Assembly (NCBI GenBank): GCA_963977445.1
Contig: CAXBPH010000050.1
Span: forward strand, 1 to 32,932
Direction of reading: 5' to 3'
DNA length: 32,932 bases
Source: an uncultured bacterium
GTDB taxonomy: Bacteria > Hydrogenedentota > Hydrogenedentia > Hydrogenedentales > JAEUWI01
Position numbers and translations under genes: made by a program
The notes under the pieces: generated by a model
Database searches by the model: none
Told to the model about the DNA's origin: nothing
Seen by the model: the letters and a program-made list of their open reading frames with translations, nothing else
Part shown: one piece after another, positions 9,693 to 19,100 of the stretch
How positions within the stretch are numbered: the stretch's first letter is position 1
How the letters are laid out: every line of letters starts with the position of its first letter

Positions 9693-10658
9693 ATGCCTTC
9701 TCCTTCACTCTCATCTGAGGACGAATTGCTGCCTGTTGAGCCGCCTTTTCTGTCCATTGTAGTACCCATCTACAATGAGAAACCGACCCTCGATGAACTC
9801 TTCACCCGACTTCTTGCCACACTCCAGGACTATGGAAAAACCTTCGAAATCATCGTCGTAGATGATGGAAGTAGCGACGGTAGCCTGGAGGTGCTGCGGG
9901 ATTGGAATAAACGGGATTCCGCAATTCGGCTGGTGGTTTTGTCCCGGAATTTCGGACAGAGTCCCGCCCTCTACGCTGGTTTCTCACGGGCCCGAGGCCA
10001 ACTTGTGGCGATGATTGATGGCGACCTGCAAAACTATCCGGAAGACATCCCCCGCCTCTTCGACACCCTCGAAGAAGGCTACGATATGGTCAGTGGCTGG
10101 CGCTCGGCCCGAAAAGACAGCCTCTTCCGCACACTGGCCTCTCGCATCCTGAATCGCTATGTCGCCCGGACCACCCGGGTGCCACTCCACGATTATGGTT
10201 GTGCCCTGAAAGCCTTCCGTCGTGAGCTGGTCGACCACATGCTGACCCTTTCCCACCGTTGCCGCTACCTTCCGGTGGATGCTGCGGCCCTGGGCGGTAA
10301 GGTCGCTGAAATCGAGGTGCGTCACGACGAGCGCAGTCACGGCGAGAGCAAATACAACCTTGTGAAGCTAATCCGGACGGCCTTCGATCTCGTAACGGGG
10401 ATTTCGGCAGCACCCCTCCAGTTTATTGGCGTAATGGGTTGGATATTCGCCGCTTTTGGCTTTTCCATGAGTCTCTGGGTAGCCTATGTACGTATCACCA
10501 TGGGTGATTTCAATGCCATGGGCACCGTCGTCGCCATCTTCTTCTTCCTCTCCGGGTGCCAACTCGTCGCAACGGGTCTCATGTGCGAATACATAGGACG
10601 CATCTACGTAGAAGTACAGGGAAAGCCCTACTACGTGGTCCGCGAGGAATCAGACTGA
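9693..10658 (+). CDS. glycosyltransferase family 2, polyprenyl-phosphate glycosyltransferase (ArnC/GtrB-like)
   Basis: SIVVPIYNE, VDDGSSDGS, SRNFGQ, IDGDLQN, DYGC.LKAFRR, two C-terminal TM helices and the EYIGRIY.EV..KPYY tail. Confidence 0.9.
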   Translation: MPSPSLSSEDELLPVEPPFLSIVVPIYNEKPTLDELFTRLLATLQDYGKTFEIIVVDDGSSDGSLEVLRDWNKRDSAIRLVVLSRNFGQSPALYAGFSRARGQLVAMIDGDLQNYPEDIPRLFDTLEEGYDMVSGWRSARKDSLFRTLASRILNRYVARTTRVPLHDYGCALKAFRRELVDHMLTLSHRCRYLPVDAAALGGKVAEIEVRHDERSHGESKYNLVKLIRTAFDLVTGISAAPLQFIGVMGWIFAAFGFSMSLWVAYVRITMGDFNAMGTVVAIFFFLSGCQLVATGLMCEYIGRIYVEVQGKPYYVVREESD

Positions 10659-11716
10659 TGCCCCCTATGAACGTGTTGGTTCTCGCCGTGGGAGGCAACG
10701 TCGGCCAAGGCATTCTCAAAGCACTACGACATCACCCACGTCCCCTCCATATCATCGGTGCCGACGTATTTCCCCTGTCCATGGGACTCTATACCGTTGA
10801 GCATGCCTACATCTCGCCCTGGGCCAATGATCCGGCCTTCGTCGACTGGCTCATTACATGCTGCCATGACGAGAACATCACCGCCATCCTGGCCGGTGCC
10901 GAGCCGGTTCTTATGGCCCTGGCTACCCATCGGGAGCGTATCGAAAGCGAAACGGGTGCCCAGTGTATCTGCAGCTCTCGGGAAGTACTGGAACTGGGCG
11001 ACGACAAACTCAAGACCTGCCAGTGGCTGGAGGCGTCCGACCTGCCCTTTCCTGCCTATGCCGACGCCGCGAATGACCAGGCCGTCGCGACTTTGTTGGA
11101 AACCGTTGGCTATCCCCTGCTGGCAAAACCCCGACGGGGCGGTGGCTCCCACGGGGTTTTCACGATTGAAAAAGCTATCGACCTGGACTATGCCCGGGCG
11201 AAGGAAGACTACCTGATTCAGGAATTCCTGGGGACAGACGACGAGGAATATACGGTGGGCTGTTTTCGTGACCGGGACGGTACGCTGGCACCCAGTTGCT
11301 GTATGCGGCGTGAACTCGTCTCTGGGACTACCTACCGGGCTGTGTTGGGCGATTTCCCCGCCGTTCGCCGCGAAGCAGAGGCGATTGTGCAGCAGCTCGC
11401 ACCCGAGGGCCCCTGCAACGTACAACTGCGACTTACCAAACGGGGGCCCGTTTGCTTTGAGATCAATCCCCGGTTTTCCGGTACGACGCCCATTCGCAGC
11501 CATTTTGGCTATCGGGAAGTTTCCGCAGCGCTGGACAACCTGGTCGAAGGGCTTCCGGTGGCGCTCCCCCTGTGCACTGAGGGCATTGCGCTACGGTATT
11601 GGAACGAACTCTACGTAGACCCCGCCTCTGCGCACACGCTGGAATCGACGGGCTCGCTCCCTGAGGCCCATACCGGCTGCAAGTTCATTGAAGACTACGG
11701 CCTACCCCAGAAGTAA
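10658..11716 (+). CDS. ATP-grasp domain protein (short carbamoyl-phosphate-synthase-like)
   Basis: DKLKT, AKPRRGGGS, IQEFL, EYTV, NVQLR and FEINPRFSG motifs. ATG overlaps the GT2 stop (TGATG). Confidence 0.85.
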   Translation: MPPMNVLVLAVGGNVGQGILKALRHHPRPLHIIGADVFPLSMGLYTVEHAYISPWANDPAFVDWLITCCHDENITAILAGAEPVLMALATHRERIESETGAQCICSSREVLELGDDKLKTCQWLEASDLPFPAYADAANDQAVATLLETVGYPLLAKPRRGGGSHGVFTIEKAIDLDYARAKEDYLIQEFLGTDDEEYTVGCFRDRDGTLAPSCCMRRELVSGTTYRAVLGDFPAVRREAEAIVQQLAPEGPCNVQLRLTKRGPVCFEINPRFSGTTPIRSHFGYREVSAALDNLVEGLPVALPLCTEGIALRYWNELYVDPASAHTLESTGSLPEAHTGCKFIEDYGLPQK

Positions 11717-11730
11717 TGCCCGTCGGTCGC

Positions 11731-12870
11731 CTACTCTGCAGCAATCATGACCAGCGTCATCTCACGCCCCACGACTTCCTGAATCTCCAACGCCCACCCC
11801 TCGTAACTACGTTCGCGAATCTGGTCAACGAGGTAGCCGAGACTGCCCGTGTAACCCAGACGTATCCGGGCAAGGCGATCCGAGAAAAAGGACTCTTCGA
11901 TAGAGTTAATCATGGGCTCCTGCTGCAACACACTGGTGAACGCAGACAAACGTTCTCTGCTCCCGGGATTGTGGAGCGTAATGAGCACTTCATCCTGCTT
12001 GTGTACGCTCAATACCGACAGGACCGTGGCCACGGTGACGTCACCGAGCATTTTCTTCGCCACGTCACTCAGGACCTCCTCACGGCAGGCTTCGGGGTCA
12101 ATCCCGGAGATGGCTGCCGAACGGGAGAGTACGTCCAGTAAATCCCCATCACTACCGCGCAGAATTTTGAGCTCCAGAACGGCTCGAGTACGGCTTGTAA
12201 TTCCCGCTTCGGCGGCTTCACTGCTTTCGAGCCGTGCGATACCCACGACGACGACGTCTGCCAGGGTTTCCCGGGCATAAGACCCCGCTTTTTCCACATC
12301 GCCCAAAACGGCCTCGTGAAAGTCAGACGCCTTAAACAAGGCCTCCAGTTCGGTATGGGATGTCGCCGCAAGGCCCAGATTTTCCAGACCGGCGACCAGC
12401 GTCGTTTCTACAATTCCAGGAGATTCTATCTCTACCGCGCCATCGCTTTCGACAGCAATCAGGCACGATACCTTGGGGGGCTCGGGCAGACGGGGCAGCA
12501 CCAAGGTCGCGAGATCCTGATCAACGGCGGCCATATCGACGTAGGCATCCACCTCCACCTGGGTTCGCCCGCTTCGGGTGTCGACATGGAGCTCTTCCAT
12601 CCGGATGACGTAGTGACCGGCCTTGCGAATCATACTCCGAAAGGGCTTCAGATCACCGGAGGCAATCTTCGAGCGAAGTATCTCCCGCATGACTTCGTGC
12701 TGGGCTTCCTCACGGGCCTCCCGATGGGCAGCAAACCCGACGCCCTCAGCGAAGCCCAGGGCACGGAGACGAAACTCACCCTCTGAGGAAGCCCCGAAGG
12801 CCCCCGGCATCCCGACGAGATAGCCTGCGAGAAGGACAGCGACAGCCAATGCACTTCGAAGTCGATTCAC
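11731..12870 (-). CDS. exported protein of unknown function, possibly FlgT-N-like
   Basis: Signal peptide-like N-terminus from GTG 12870 (VNRLRSALAVAVLLAG..AFGA). The G.A...A.REAREEA helix and ADVVVVGIA segment resemble FlgT/CsgG-like folds; the family call is tentative. Confidence 0.6.
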   Translation of the reverse strand: MNRLRSALAVAVLLAGYLVGMPGAFGASSEGEFRLRALGFAEGVGFAAHREAREEAQHEVMREILRSKIASGDLKPFRSMIRKAGHYVIRMEELHVDTRSGRTQVEVDAYVDMAAVDQDLATLVLPRLPEPPKVSCLIAVESDGAVEIESPGIVETTLVAGLENLGLAATSHTELEALFKASDFHEAVLGDVEKAGSYARETLADVVVVGIARLESSEAAEAGITSRTRAVLELKILRGSDGDLLDVLSRSAAISGIDPEACREEVLSDVAKKMLGDVTVATVLSVLSVHKQDEVLITLHNPGSRERLSAFTSVLQQEPMINSIEESFFSDRLARIRLGYTGSLGYLVDQIRERSYEGWALEIQEVVGREMTLVMIAAE

Positions 12871-12896
12871 GGAGCCCCGCAGTTCTGTTGAAACAA

Positions 12897-13580
12897 CTAG
12901 TTTCGACGATTCGCCAGAGAGATGTAATAGAGGAGCATGAGAACCGAAGCCACGGCCGCCGCCACATAAGTCCACGCAGCAGCGCCCAACACGGCACGGG
13001 CACCGGGCATCTCTTCGGAGTCCAGGATGCCTCCCTGCTCCAAGGCGGCCAGCGCACGGCTACTCGCATTGAATTCAACCGGCAGCGTCACCAAGGTAAA
13101 GGCCGTTGATGCCGCAAAGAGCAACACACCAACCATGATTAAGAAACTGAACTGCGACGCAATCAATCCGATGAAAATCAACGGAAAGGCCAATTTCGTT
13201 CCGATACTGGCCGTGGGATACATGAAGGAGCGCATATTCAACGGCGCATAGCCCCGGGCATGCTGAATCACATGGCCGATCTCATGGGCCGCAATGCCCA
13301 GTGAGGCCACACTGCGCCCGCCATAGACCCCTTGAGACAGGCGGACTACTTTCGCGGTGGGATCGTAGTGATCGGTGAGTTCACCCGGAATGCATTCCAA
13401 CGCGACGTCGGTAATGCCTTCCTGGTTCATCATCCATTGGGCGATGTCCGCCCCCGTCATCCCCGATCGACTGACGACCTTGGAATACTTGGCATAGGCA
13501 CCTTTGACTTTGGCCTGCGCCCAGAGGGAGAGCCCCATCGTGACAAATATAATCATCATATACATGGGATCAAAATACAT
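12897..13580 (-). CDS. putative neutral zinc metallopeptidase, YugP family (membrane)
   Basis: GELTDHYDP, AAHEIGH (HExxH), VTLPVEFNASSRA and LGAAAWTYVAAA motifs. Confidence 0.93.
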   Translation of the reverse strand: MYFDPMYMMIIFVTMGLSLWAQAKVKGAYAKYSKVVSRSGMTGADIAQWMMNQEGITDVALECIPGELTDHYDPTAKVVRLSQGVYGGRSVASLGIAAHEIGHVIQHARGYAPLNMRSFMYPTASIGTKLAFPLIFIGLIASQFSFLIMVGVLLFAASTAFTLVTLPVEFNASSRALAALEQGGILDSEEMPGARAVLGAAAWTYVAAAVASVLMLLYYISLANRRN

Positions 13581-13586
13581 AGGGTG

Positions 13587-14318
13587 CTACTTCTTCTTAC
13601 CTTTGGCGTCATTCTCCTGTGCAGCTTGTTGCTGTGCAGCTTGCTGCTGGGCAGGAGCGCGCATGACGCATTGACCATTTAACGTCGCACCTTCTTCCAT
13701 CGCGAGACTACGAGCGCGTATGTCGCCATTTACGGTGGAAGTGGCCGCCAAACGGAGGATGCCCGGCGTCGTCACATTACCATACACCTGGCCGGCAAGA
13801 AATATTCGTTTTCCCGCAAGAAGATCAGCATTCAGTCGGCCTGTTGGTCCAAGTTCCAGATCTTCGGAACATTCGACCTTACCTTCGACCAACCCTTCGA
13901 TTTTGCAGGCCCCGGCCCGAACATTGCCGGAAATCAGAGCACTTGGTCCCAGGTGGAGACGTCCTTCGATGGTGATATTCCCTTCGATACGCCCGCCAAT
14001 TTCTGTATCATTGGCGCTGCTGAGGGAGCCTTCGATAACCACGCCCTCGGGGATAATCATCCGTTGGGTGTTCACCGAACGGGCACGGCGCATGGCCAAA
14101 TCATCCACATTCGCCGTAGGGGAGCCTGCGGTTTCGGCCACCGCATCCCGGTGCCGTTCGTCACCGCGGCTGGTTTGGAGCTTATCATTGAAACGGGAGT
14201 TAAAACGGCCCAAAAGCCCTTTTTTACCCGCTTTTTCAAGCTTTTCAAAGTCCGAATCCGCTTCGAAATCAAGTTCGAGCGGTGCGGTTTGGGGGTTCTT
14301 CACGTCGTCCTGCGCCAT
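13587..14318 (-). CDS. bactofilin (polymer-forming cytoskeletal protein) with extended beta-helix and long N-terminal extension
   Basis: IIPEGVVIEGSL, IGGRIEGNI, LGPSALISGNV and VNGDI.ARSLAMEEGATLNGQC.M bactofilin pattern. ATG 14318 lies 2 nt after the ATPase stop. Confidence 0.88.
   Translation of the reverse strand: MAQDDVKNPQTAPLELDFEADSDFEKLEKAGKKGLLGRFNSRFNDKLQTSRGDERHRDAVAETAGSPTANVDDLAMRRARSVNTQRMIIPEGVVIEGSLSSANDTEIGGRIEGNITIEGRLHLGPSALISGNVRAGACKIEGLVEGKVECSEDLELGPTGRLNADLLAGKRIFLAGQVYGNVTTPGILRLAATSTVNGDIRARSLAMEEGATLNGQCVMRAPAQQQAAQQQAAQENDAKGKKK
13617..13646. repeat. 15-bp tandem repeat, two copies (one mismatch), encoding QQQAAQQQAAQ in the bactofilin tail
   Basis: ctgtgcagcttgttg followed by ctgtgcagcttgctg. 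Confidence 0.8.
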
Positions 14319-14320
14319 AA

Positions 14321-15262
14321 TCAAAAATATCCCAATCGGTTCGCCATATCGACGATGCAGCCCGAAATTTTTCCTTGGGGTTTACCTACCACAAATGGTA
14401 CACCCGAGTTTACCGCTTCGGAAACGTACTTATCAAAGTACACGAAGCCCAGATTCTCTGTATCCATACAGAGATGTTGCTTGGCGAACTTAGCCAGAAT
14501 CGAAGCCGCTATCTTCGCTTCATGGGCGTTGGTCGCCTTGCTGACCACTATTTTGGGGCGAAATGCCCGTGCGAGGGCCATCAATTCATCACACAATTGT
14601 TTTTTTACGGCCGTCTCGAAACAATCGGCCTTTTTTATGCATGTCAGGAAATCCGTCAGGGTTTCATTGCGCTTCAGCAGGAATCCCACCTCCGGACTGC
14701 GATAGAACCGCTCGATTCGTCGAAACAGGGCTGCACGCAGAAATTTAAAGGCATTGTCGATACTCGTGCGCTCCGGCGTAATCACAACCACACCGTTGGT
14801 ATTGGTCATCAGAAAGAAGTCCAGCGTGTTCAGGTGGGCTCCCGCATCAAGGTCGACCATGACCAAATCGGCATCCAGTCGGCGCAATTCGCGAATCAGA
14901 GAGACCTTTTGCTGAAAACGGGGATTGGCCGCATCCATGAGCCCACTCGTACCGGGAATCAGCCTCAGGTTGGCGTAGGGCGTATCGCAGACAATGTCCT
15001 GCAATCGTTTCCGCCCCTGCTGACGAAAAAAATCATCGAGTCGGACTTTGGAACGAAAACCCAGTACCGTTTCGATGTTGGAACAACTTAAATCGGCATC
15101 GAGCAAGATGACGCGCCAGCCACGGCGCGCAATCTCTACGGCCGTGTTGACGGAGAAGCAGGTCTTTCCCACGCCCCCTTTACCCCCACCGATAACGATT
15201 ATCTCGGGTGAGGCAACCTGGGGCGCCTGCTCTTTGGTGAGGTCTATCGGATTAAGTCCCAT
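14321..15262 (-). CDS. MinD/FlhG(FleN)-like P-loop ATPase with helical insertion
   Basis: Deviant Walker A GGGKGGVGKT, LLDADL, LRLIPG, VDLDAG and TPERTSIDNA. Start taken at ATG 15262, downstream of the predicted promoter. Confidence 0.88.
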   Translation of the reverse strand: MGLNPIDLTKEQAPQVASPEIIVIGGGKGGVGKTCFSVNTAVEIARRGWRVILLDADLSCSNIETVLGFRSKVRLDDFFRQQGRKRLQDIVCDTPYANLRLIPGTSGLMDAANPRFQQKVSLIRELRRLDADLVMVDLDAGAHLNTLDFFLMTNTNGVVVITPERTSIDNAFKFLRAALFRRIERFYRSPEVGFLLKRNETLTDFLTCIKKADCFETAVKKQLCDELMALARAFRPKIVVSKATNAHEAKIAASILAKFAKQHLCMDTENLGFVYFDKYVSEAVNSGVPFVVGKPQGKISGCIVDMANRLGYF

Positions 15263-15305
15263 ACGCCTTGCAGAGCACCTTCGTTGTATCCAGTTGATTA
15301 CACTG

Positions 15306-15334
15306 AGTTTAGCAAAATACTCAGCGGTCGTCAA
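15306..15334 (-). promoter_or_regulatory. near-consensus sigma70 promoter TTGACG-N17-TAAACT with extended -10 TG
   Basis: Minus strand reads TTGACG accgctgagtattttgc TAAACT, about 45 bp upstream of the ATPase ATG. Confidence 0.7.
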
Positions 15335-15457
15335 CGAAGGAATTCCGGTGCCGGAGGACACCCGAACCCTTGGACGAATACATTAACTCGCTCGCACGCG
15401 GTAACAAACAGGCTGTGCTATGCGCTCAGGCCATGGTCCCCAGGCTGAAAAGCCCAG

Positions 15458-16099
15458 CTACTTGACCTGAACAGTCTCCCCGACAACCTGAAGATTTGAT
15501 GGAACTGCACTTTTGTAATAGCTTTCCAGAGAGGTCCGTACCGTTGAAGGCACGGCAGAAACCGACTTGGCCGTCGCGCTTTTAATCACGACTTCGGTTT
15601 CGGGCTTGGTATTCCGCACAAGCACCTGGGGCGCATTGGTAACGGCTTTCGCCATTTTTCCATCGGTCGACTTCGCCGTCCCCCCTTTTACCAGGACCTG
15701 CATTATGCCATCACCCTGGATATTGGAGATGAGGATAATCCGCTGGTTAGTGGCGCTTTTTATGATCGTCACATCCCCCGTCACCGTCCCCGTGAAGGGT
15801 GGTGTGTGGTCGAGCCGCTTCTTTGTGCGGCTTTCATTGGGAAGGGTAGGCTTACTCTCCGGCGGGAGCTGGGGCACGTTGGCCGCCATCATTTCGGCCA
15901 TGCTTCGCTTGGCATAGGTGACGCCGGGATTCTTAATGGTCTTTACCTGGGGAATATCCTGGGAAAAGACCATCACGTCCTCGGCCTTGAGGGATATTTC
16001 AGTCATGTTGCCGTAGTCCAACACGAACGCCACCGGCTCGTTGCTTACTTCCATGGCGGCAGTCAAACCCACAACCACTATCAATGATGCATACAACAT
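15458..16099 (-). CDS. exported hypothetical protein, single bacterial Ig-like domain with an insertion
   Basis: Strong SD GAGGTG and hydrophobic N-terminus. PVAFVLDY..ISL..EDV and TGTVTGDV...RIILISNIQGDG.....KGGTA....G...VRNTKP resemble Ig-like repeats of large surface proteins. Confidence 0.6.
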   Translation of the reverse strand: MLYASLIVVVGLTAAMEVSNEPVAFVLDYGNMTEISLKAEDVMVFSQDIPQVKTIKNPGVTYAKRSMAEMMAANVPQLPPESKPTLPNESRTKKRLDHTPPFTGTVTGDVTIIKSATNQRIILISNIQGDGIMQVLVKGGTAKSTDGKMAKAVTNAPQVLVRNTKPETEVVIKSATAKSVSAVPSTVRTSLESYYKSAVPSNLQVVGETVQVK

Positions 16100-16141
16100 G
16101 TTGTCACCTCAGGGACGAAAAATTAGAAATCATTCTCTTTA

Positions 16142-16171
16142 AGCTTACCGTAGAATCCCTGAAATTTGCAA
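16142..16171 (-). promoter_or_regulatory. putative sigma70 promoter TTGCAA-N18-TAAGCT
   Basis: Located in the dnaE-to-hypothetical intergenic region on the minus strand. Confidence 0.45.
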
Positions 16172-16198
16172 AGAATAAACCTCTGAGCAACGGGGATA

Positions 16199-19100
16199 TC
16201 AGGCAGACTGAGCTTTTTTCTTCCGTTCCCACGGCTTGGTTTCCCGGGGCTTAATTTCTTCCGGACGATGGGTAGGCAGCCCCATCCCGGCAGAAAACCA
16301 TACTTTGTCCATGCCCACGACCTCCTCGATGGCATAGCGAAACTGCCGGGTCGCGGGCACAAGGCAGGCTTCCGTCGCATGAATCGTGACCAACTTTCCG
16401 ATAGCGGTTCGACAATGGAGATAGACATCGCATTCCCCCTTGGCATTGCCCAGGAGTTCAGCCAGCTTGTGTATTTGCTCTTTCTGGAGGGCTTCCCCTT
16501 CCAGGGCCACGTGGACCGCCTTCGCGAGCTGCCGCTCCGAATCTTCAATGGCGAATACATCCACCGCGACGAGTCCTGGCTCATCGTTTCGGTAATTCAC
16601 CCGGGCGGGAATCATTACGATCATATCTTGAGCAAGCAGGCCCGCTTTCTGCTCGAAGGTATCCGAAAATACCGTCACCTCAATGAGCCCCTGAAAGGTT
16701 TCGAGGGCAATAAAGGCCATTCGCTTGTTGGTCTTCGTCACGTGGATACGCACGGTTGTCACCGAGCCCGCCACATTGATGGTCTGTCCCTCTTTGTAGT
16801 CGGAGAGCTGAACGAGGTTGACCGTTCCAAATCGATCGATAATATCCAGATAGGGATCGAGGGGATGGCTGCTGATGTAGAGCCCCAACATTTCTTTTTC
16901 CATCTGGAGCACTTCGTGATCAGGGTATTCTGGCAGCTCGGGCTTCTGGTGCATGGTCGCCATGGTATCTTGCATACCGTCCATGTCAAAAAGGGAAAAC
17001 TGACCTGCGTCCTTGTCCCGCTGGGCACTCTGACCTTCCCCGAGGGCTTGATCGAGGGCGGCTTCCACCTGTCGGCGATTCCAGCCCATGCCCACAAAGG
17101 CACCCGCCCGGTTGAGGCTCTCTATACAGCGACGATTCACCATCCGGGTGTCGATCCGCTTACACATGTCGAAAAGGTCCAAAAACGGGCCATTTTCGGT
17201 CCGTTCACGGGTAATCTCTAAGGTGGGGCCCTCGCCCACATTCTTAATGGCCCCCATCCCGAATCGGATGGACTGCCCATCAACGGCGAAATAATTCCAA
17301 CTGTGATTTACGTCTGGCGGAAGCACGTCAATTTTCATACGACGACATTCATCGACGTAGAGTGCTACTTTGTCCAGATTGCCCGATTCACTGGTGAGCA
17401 GGGCGCACATGAATTCGACGGGATAATTGGCCTTTAAATAGGCCGTCTGGTAGGCCACAAAAGCATAGGCCACACTGTGGGATTTATTGAAACCATAACC
17501 TGCGAAAGTTTCGATCTTGTCCCAGATTACCCCCGCGAGTTTCTCGTTGATATCGTTGTTGGCACAACCGGCGACGAATTTTGCTTTCTGCTCGTCTAGA
17601 AGTTCTTTCTTCTTTTTACCCATGGCGCGGCGGACAATATCGGCCTGACCCAGGCTGAAACCCGCGCAGGCCTGTACCAACTGCATGACCTGTTCCTGAT
17701 ACACGGCAATGCCGTAGGTCTCTTCGAGGATCGGCTTGGTGACCTCGTGGTCATACTGAATGGTCTCAGGCTTATATTTGCCTTCAATATAGGTATCGAT
17801 GAACTGCATGGGGCCCGGCCGGAACAGGGCCACCAGGGCACTCATTTCTTCCAGGCTCTGCAAACCGATACGCCGGGCCAAATCGCGCATACCGGAGCTT
17901 TCCAACTGGAAAACGCCGGTGGTCTGGCCCGAACGAAGGAGCTCATAGGTTTTTGTGTTATCGCAGGTAATATTGTCGATATCGATGGAAACGCCCCGAC
18001 CCTCGCGAATCAGACGTACCGCTTCGTGGACCACCGTCAGCGTACGCAGGCCGAGGAAGTCCATCTTCAGGAGCCCCACCTCCTCCACGCATTTCATTTC
18101 GACCTGGGTGGCCACCGTATCGGAGTTACTGGCCTTATAGAGGGCCACGTGGTCGGTCAGATCGTGATCGCAAATCACCACGCCGGCCGCGTGGGTGCCG
18201 CAGTTACCAATCGTGCCTTCCAGCCGTTTTGCCAGGCGCCAGAGCTTATTGATCTGGGGATCCTGCTCGATCAAAACCTGAAGTTCTTCTACCCGCTCCT
18301 CGGCGTCCTTAAGTTTAATCTTGAGTTCATCGGGAATGAGTTTGGCGATTCGGTCGACATCGCCGTAGCTCATGCCCAGCACACGCCCTACATTTCGGAT
18401 CACGTTTTTGGCCAGCATACGACCAAAGGTAATGATCTGACTCACGTTTTCCCGGCCATACTTCCGATAGGAGTAGGCAATCATCTCTTCCCGCCGGTTA
18501 TAGCAGAAATCGATATCGAAATCGGGCATGGACACCCGCTCGGGATTGAGAAATCGCTCGAAGAGGAGATTGTAGCGCATGGGGTCAATATTGGTAATTC
18601 TCAGCGCGTAGGCCACGATACTGCCCGCACCCGAGCCACGTCCTGGCCCCACCGGTATGCCTTCTTTGTTAGCGAAGTTAATAAGATCCCACACCACAAG
18701 GAAGTAATCGACAAACTTCATGCCTTCGATTACATTCAGCTCAAATTTCGCCCGATCTACGAATTCGGCCGCCGGTGGACTGCCATAACGCTTCTCCACC
18801 CCAAGCATCACGAGTTCGGTCAGATAGCTCAGGGGCGTAACCCCTTCTTCGTACCCTTCATCGGGCGTATAGGCCGGGATTAAGCTCTCTCCCAGCGGAA
18901 TCACCACATTGCACCGCTCCGCCACCTTCACGGTATTATCTACCGCCTCGGGACAATCGTGAAAGATTTCCCGCATCTCCGCTTCGGTGCGAAAGTGAAA
19001 TTGCTCGGTGGGAAAGCGAAAACGCTTTTCGTCTTCGAGGGTCGTCCCCGTCTGCACGCACAAGAGGGCTTCGTGGGCCTCGGCATCCGATTGATCGATA

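Noticed and set aside
12871..12975. ORF-track N-terminal extensions (also 847-927, 10556-10657, 15263-15361, 20206-20355, 27245-27316)
   Set aside because: They overlap neighbouring genes or promoters. Downstream starts fit SD sites, signal peptides or family N-termini better.
14316..14330. Possible frameshift fusing the ATPase to the bactofilin at TATTTTTGA
   Set aside because: No canonical slippery heptamer or stimulatory structure. An ATG 2 nt after the stop explains the coupling.
17747..18883. Long antisense ORFs (e.g. 17747-18883 +, 6087-7127 -, 5066-6037 -, 16268-17221 +, 23211-24011 +)
   Set aside because: They lie opposite well-supported genes, carry no recognisable motifs, and are expected shadows of GC-rich codon usage.
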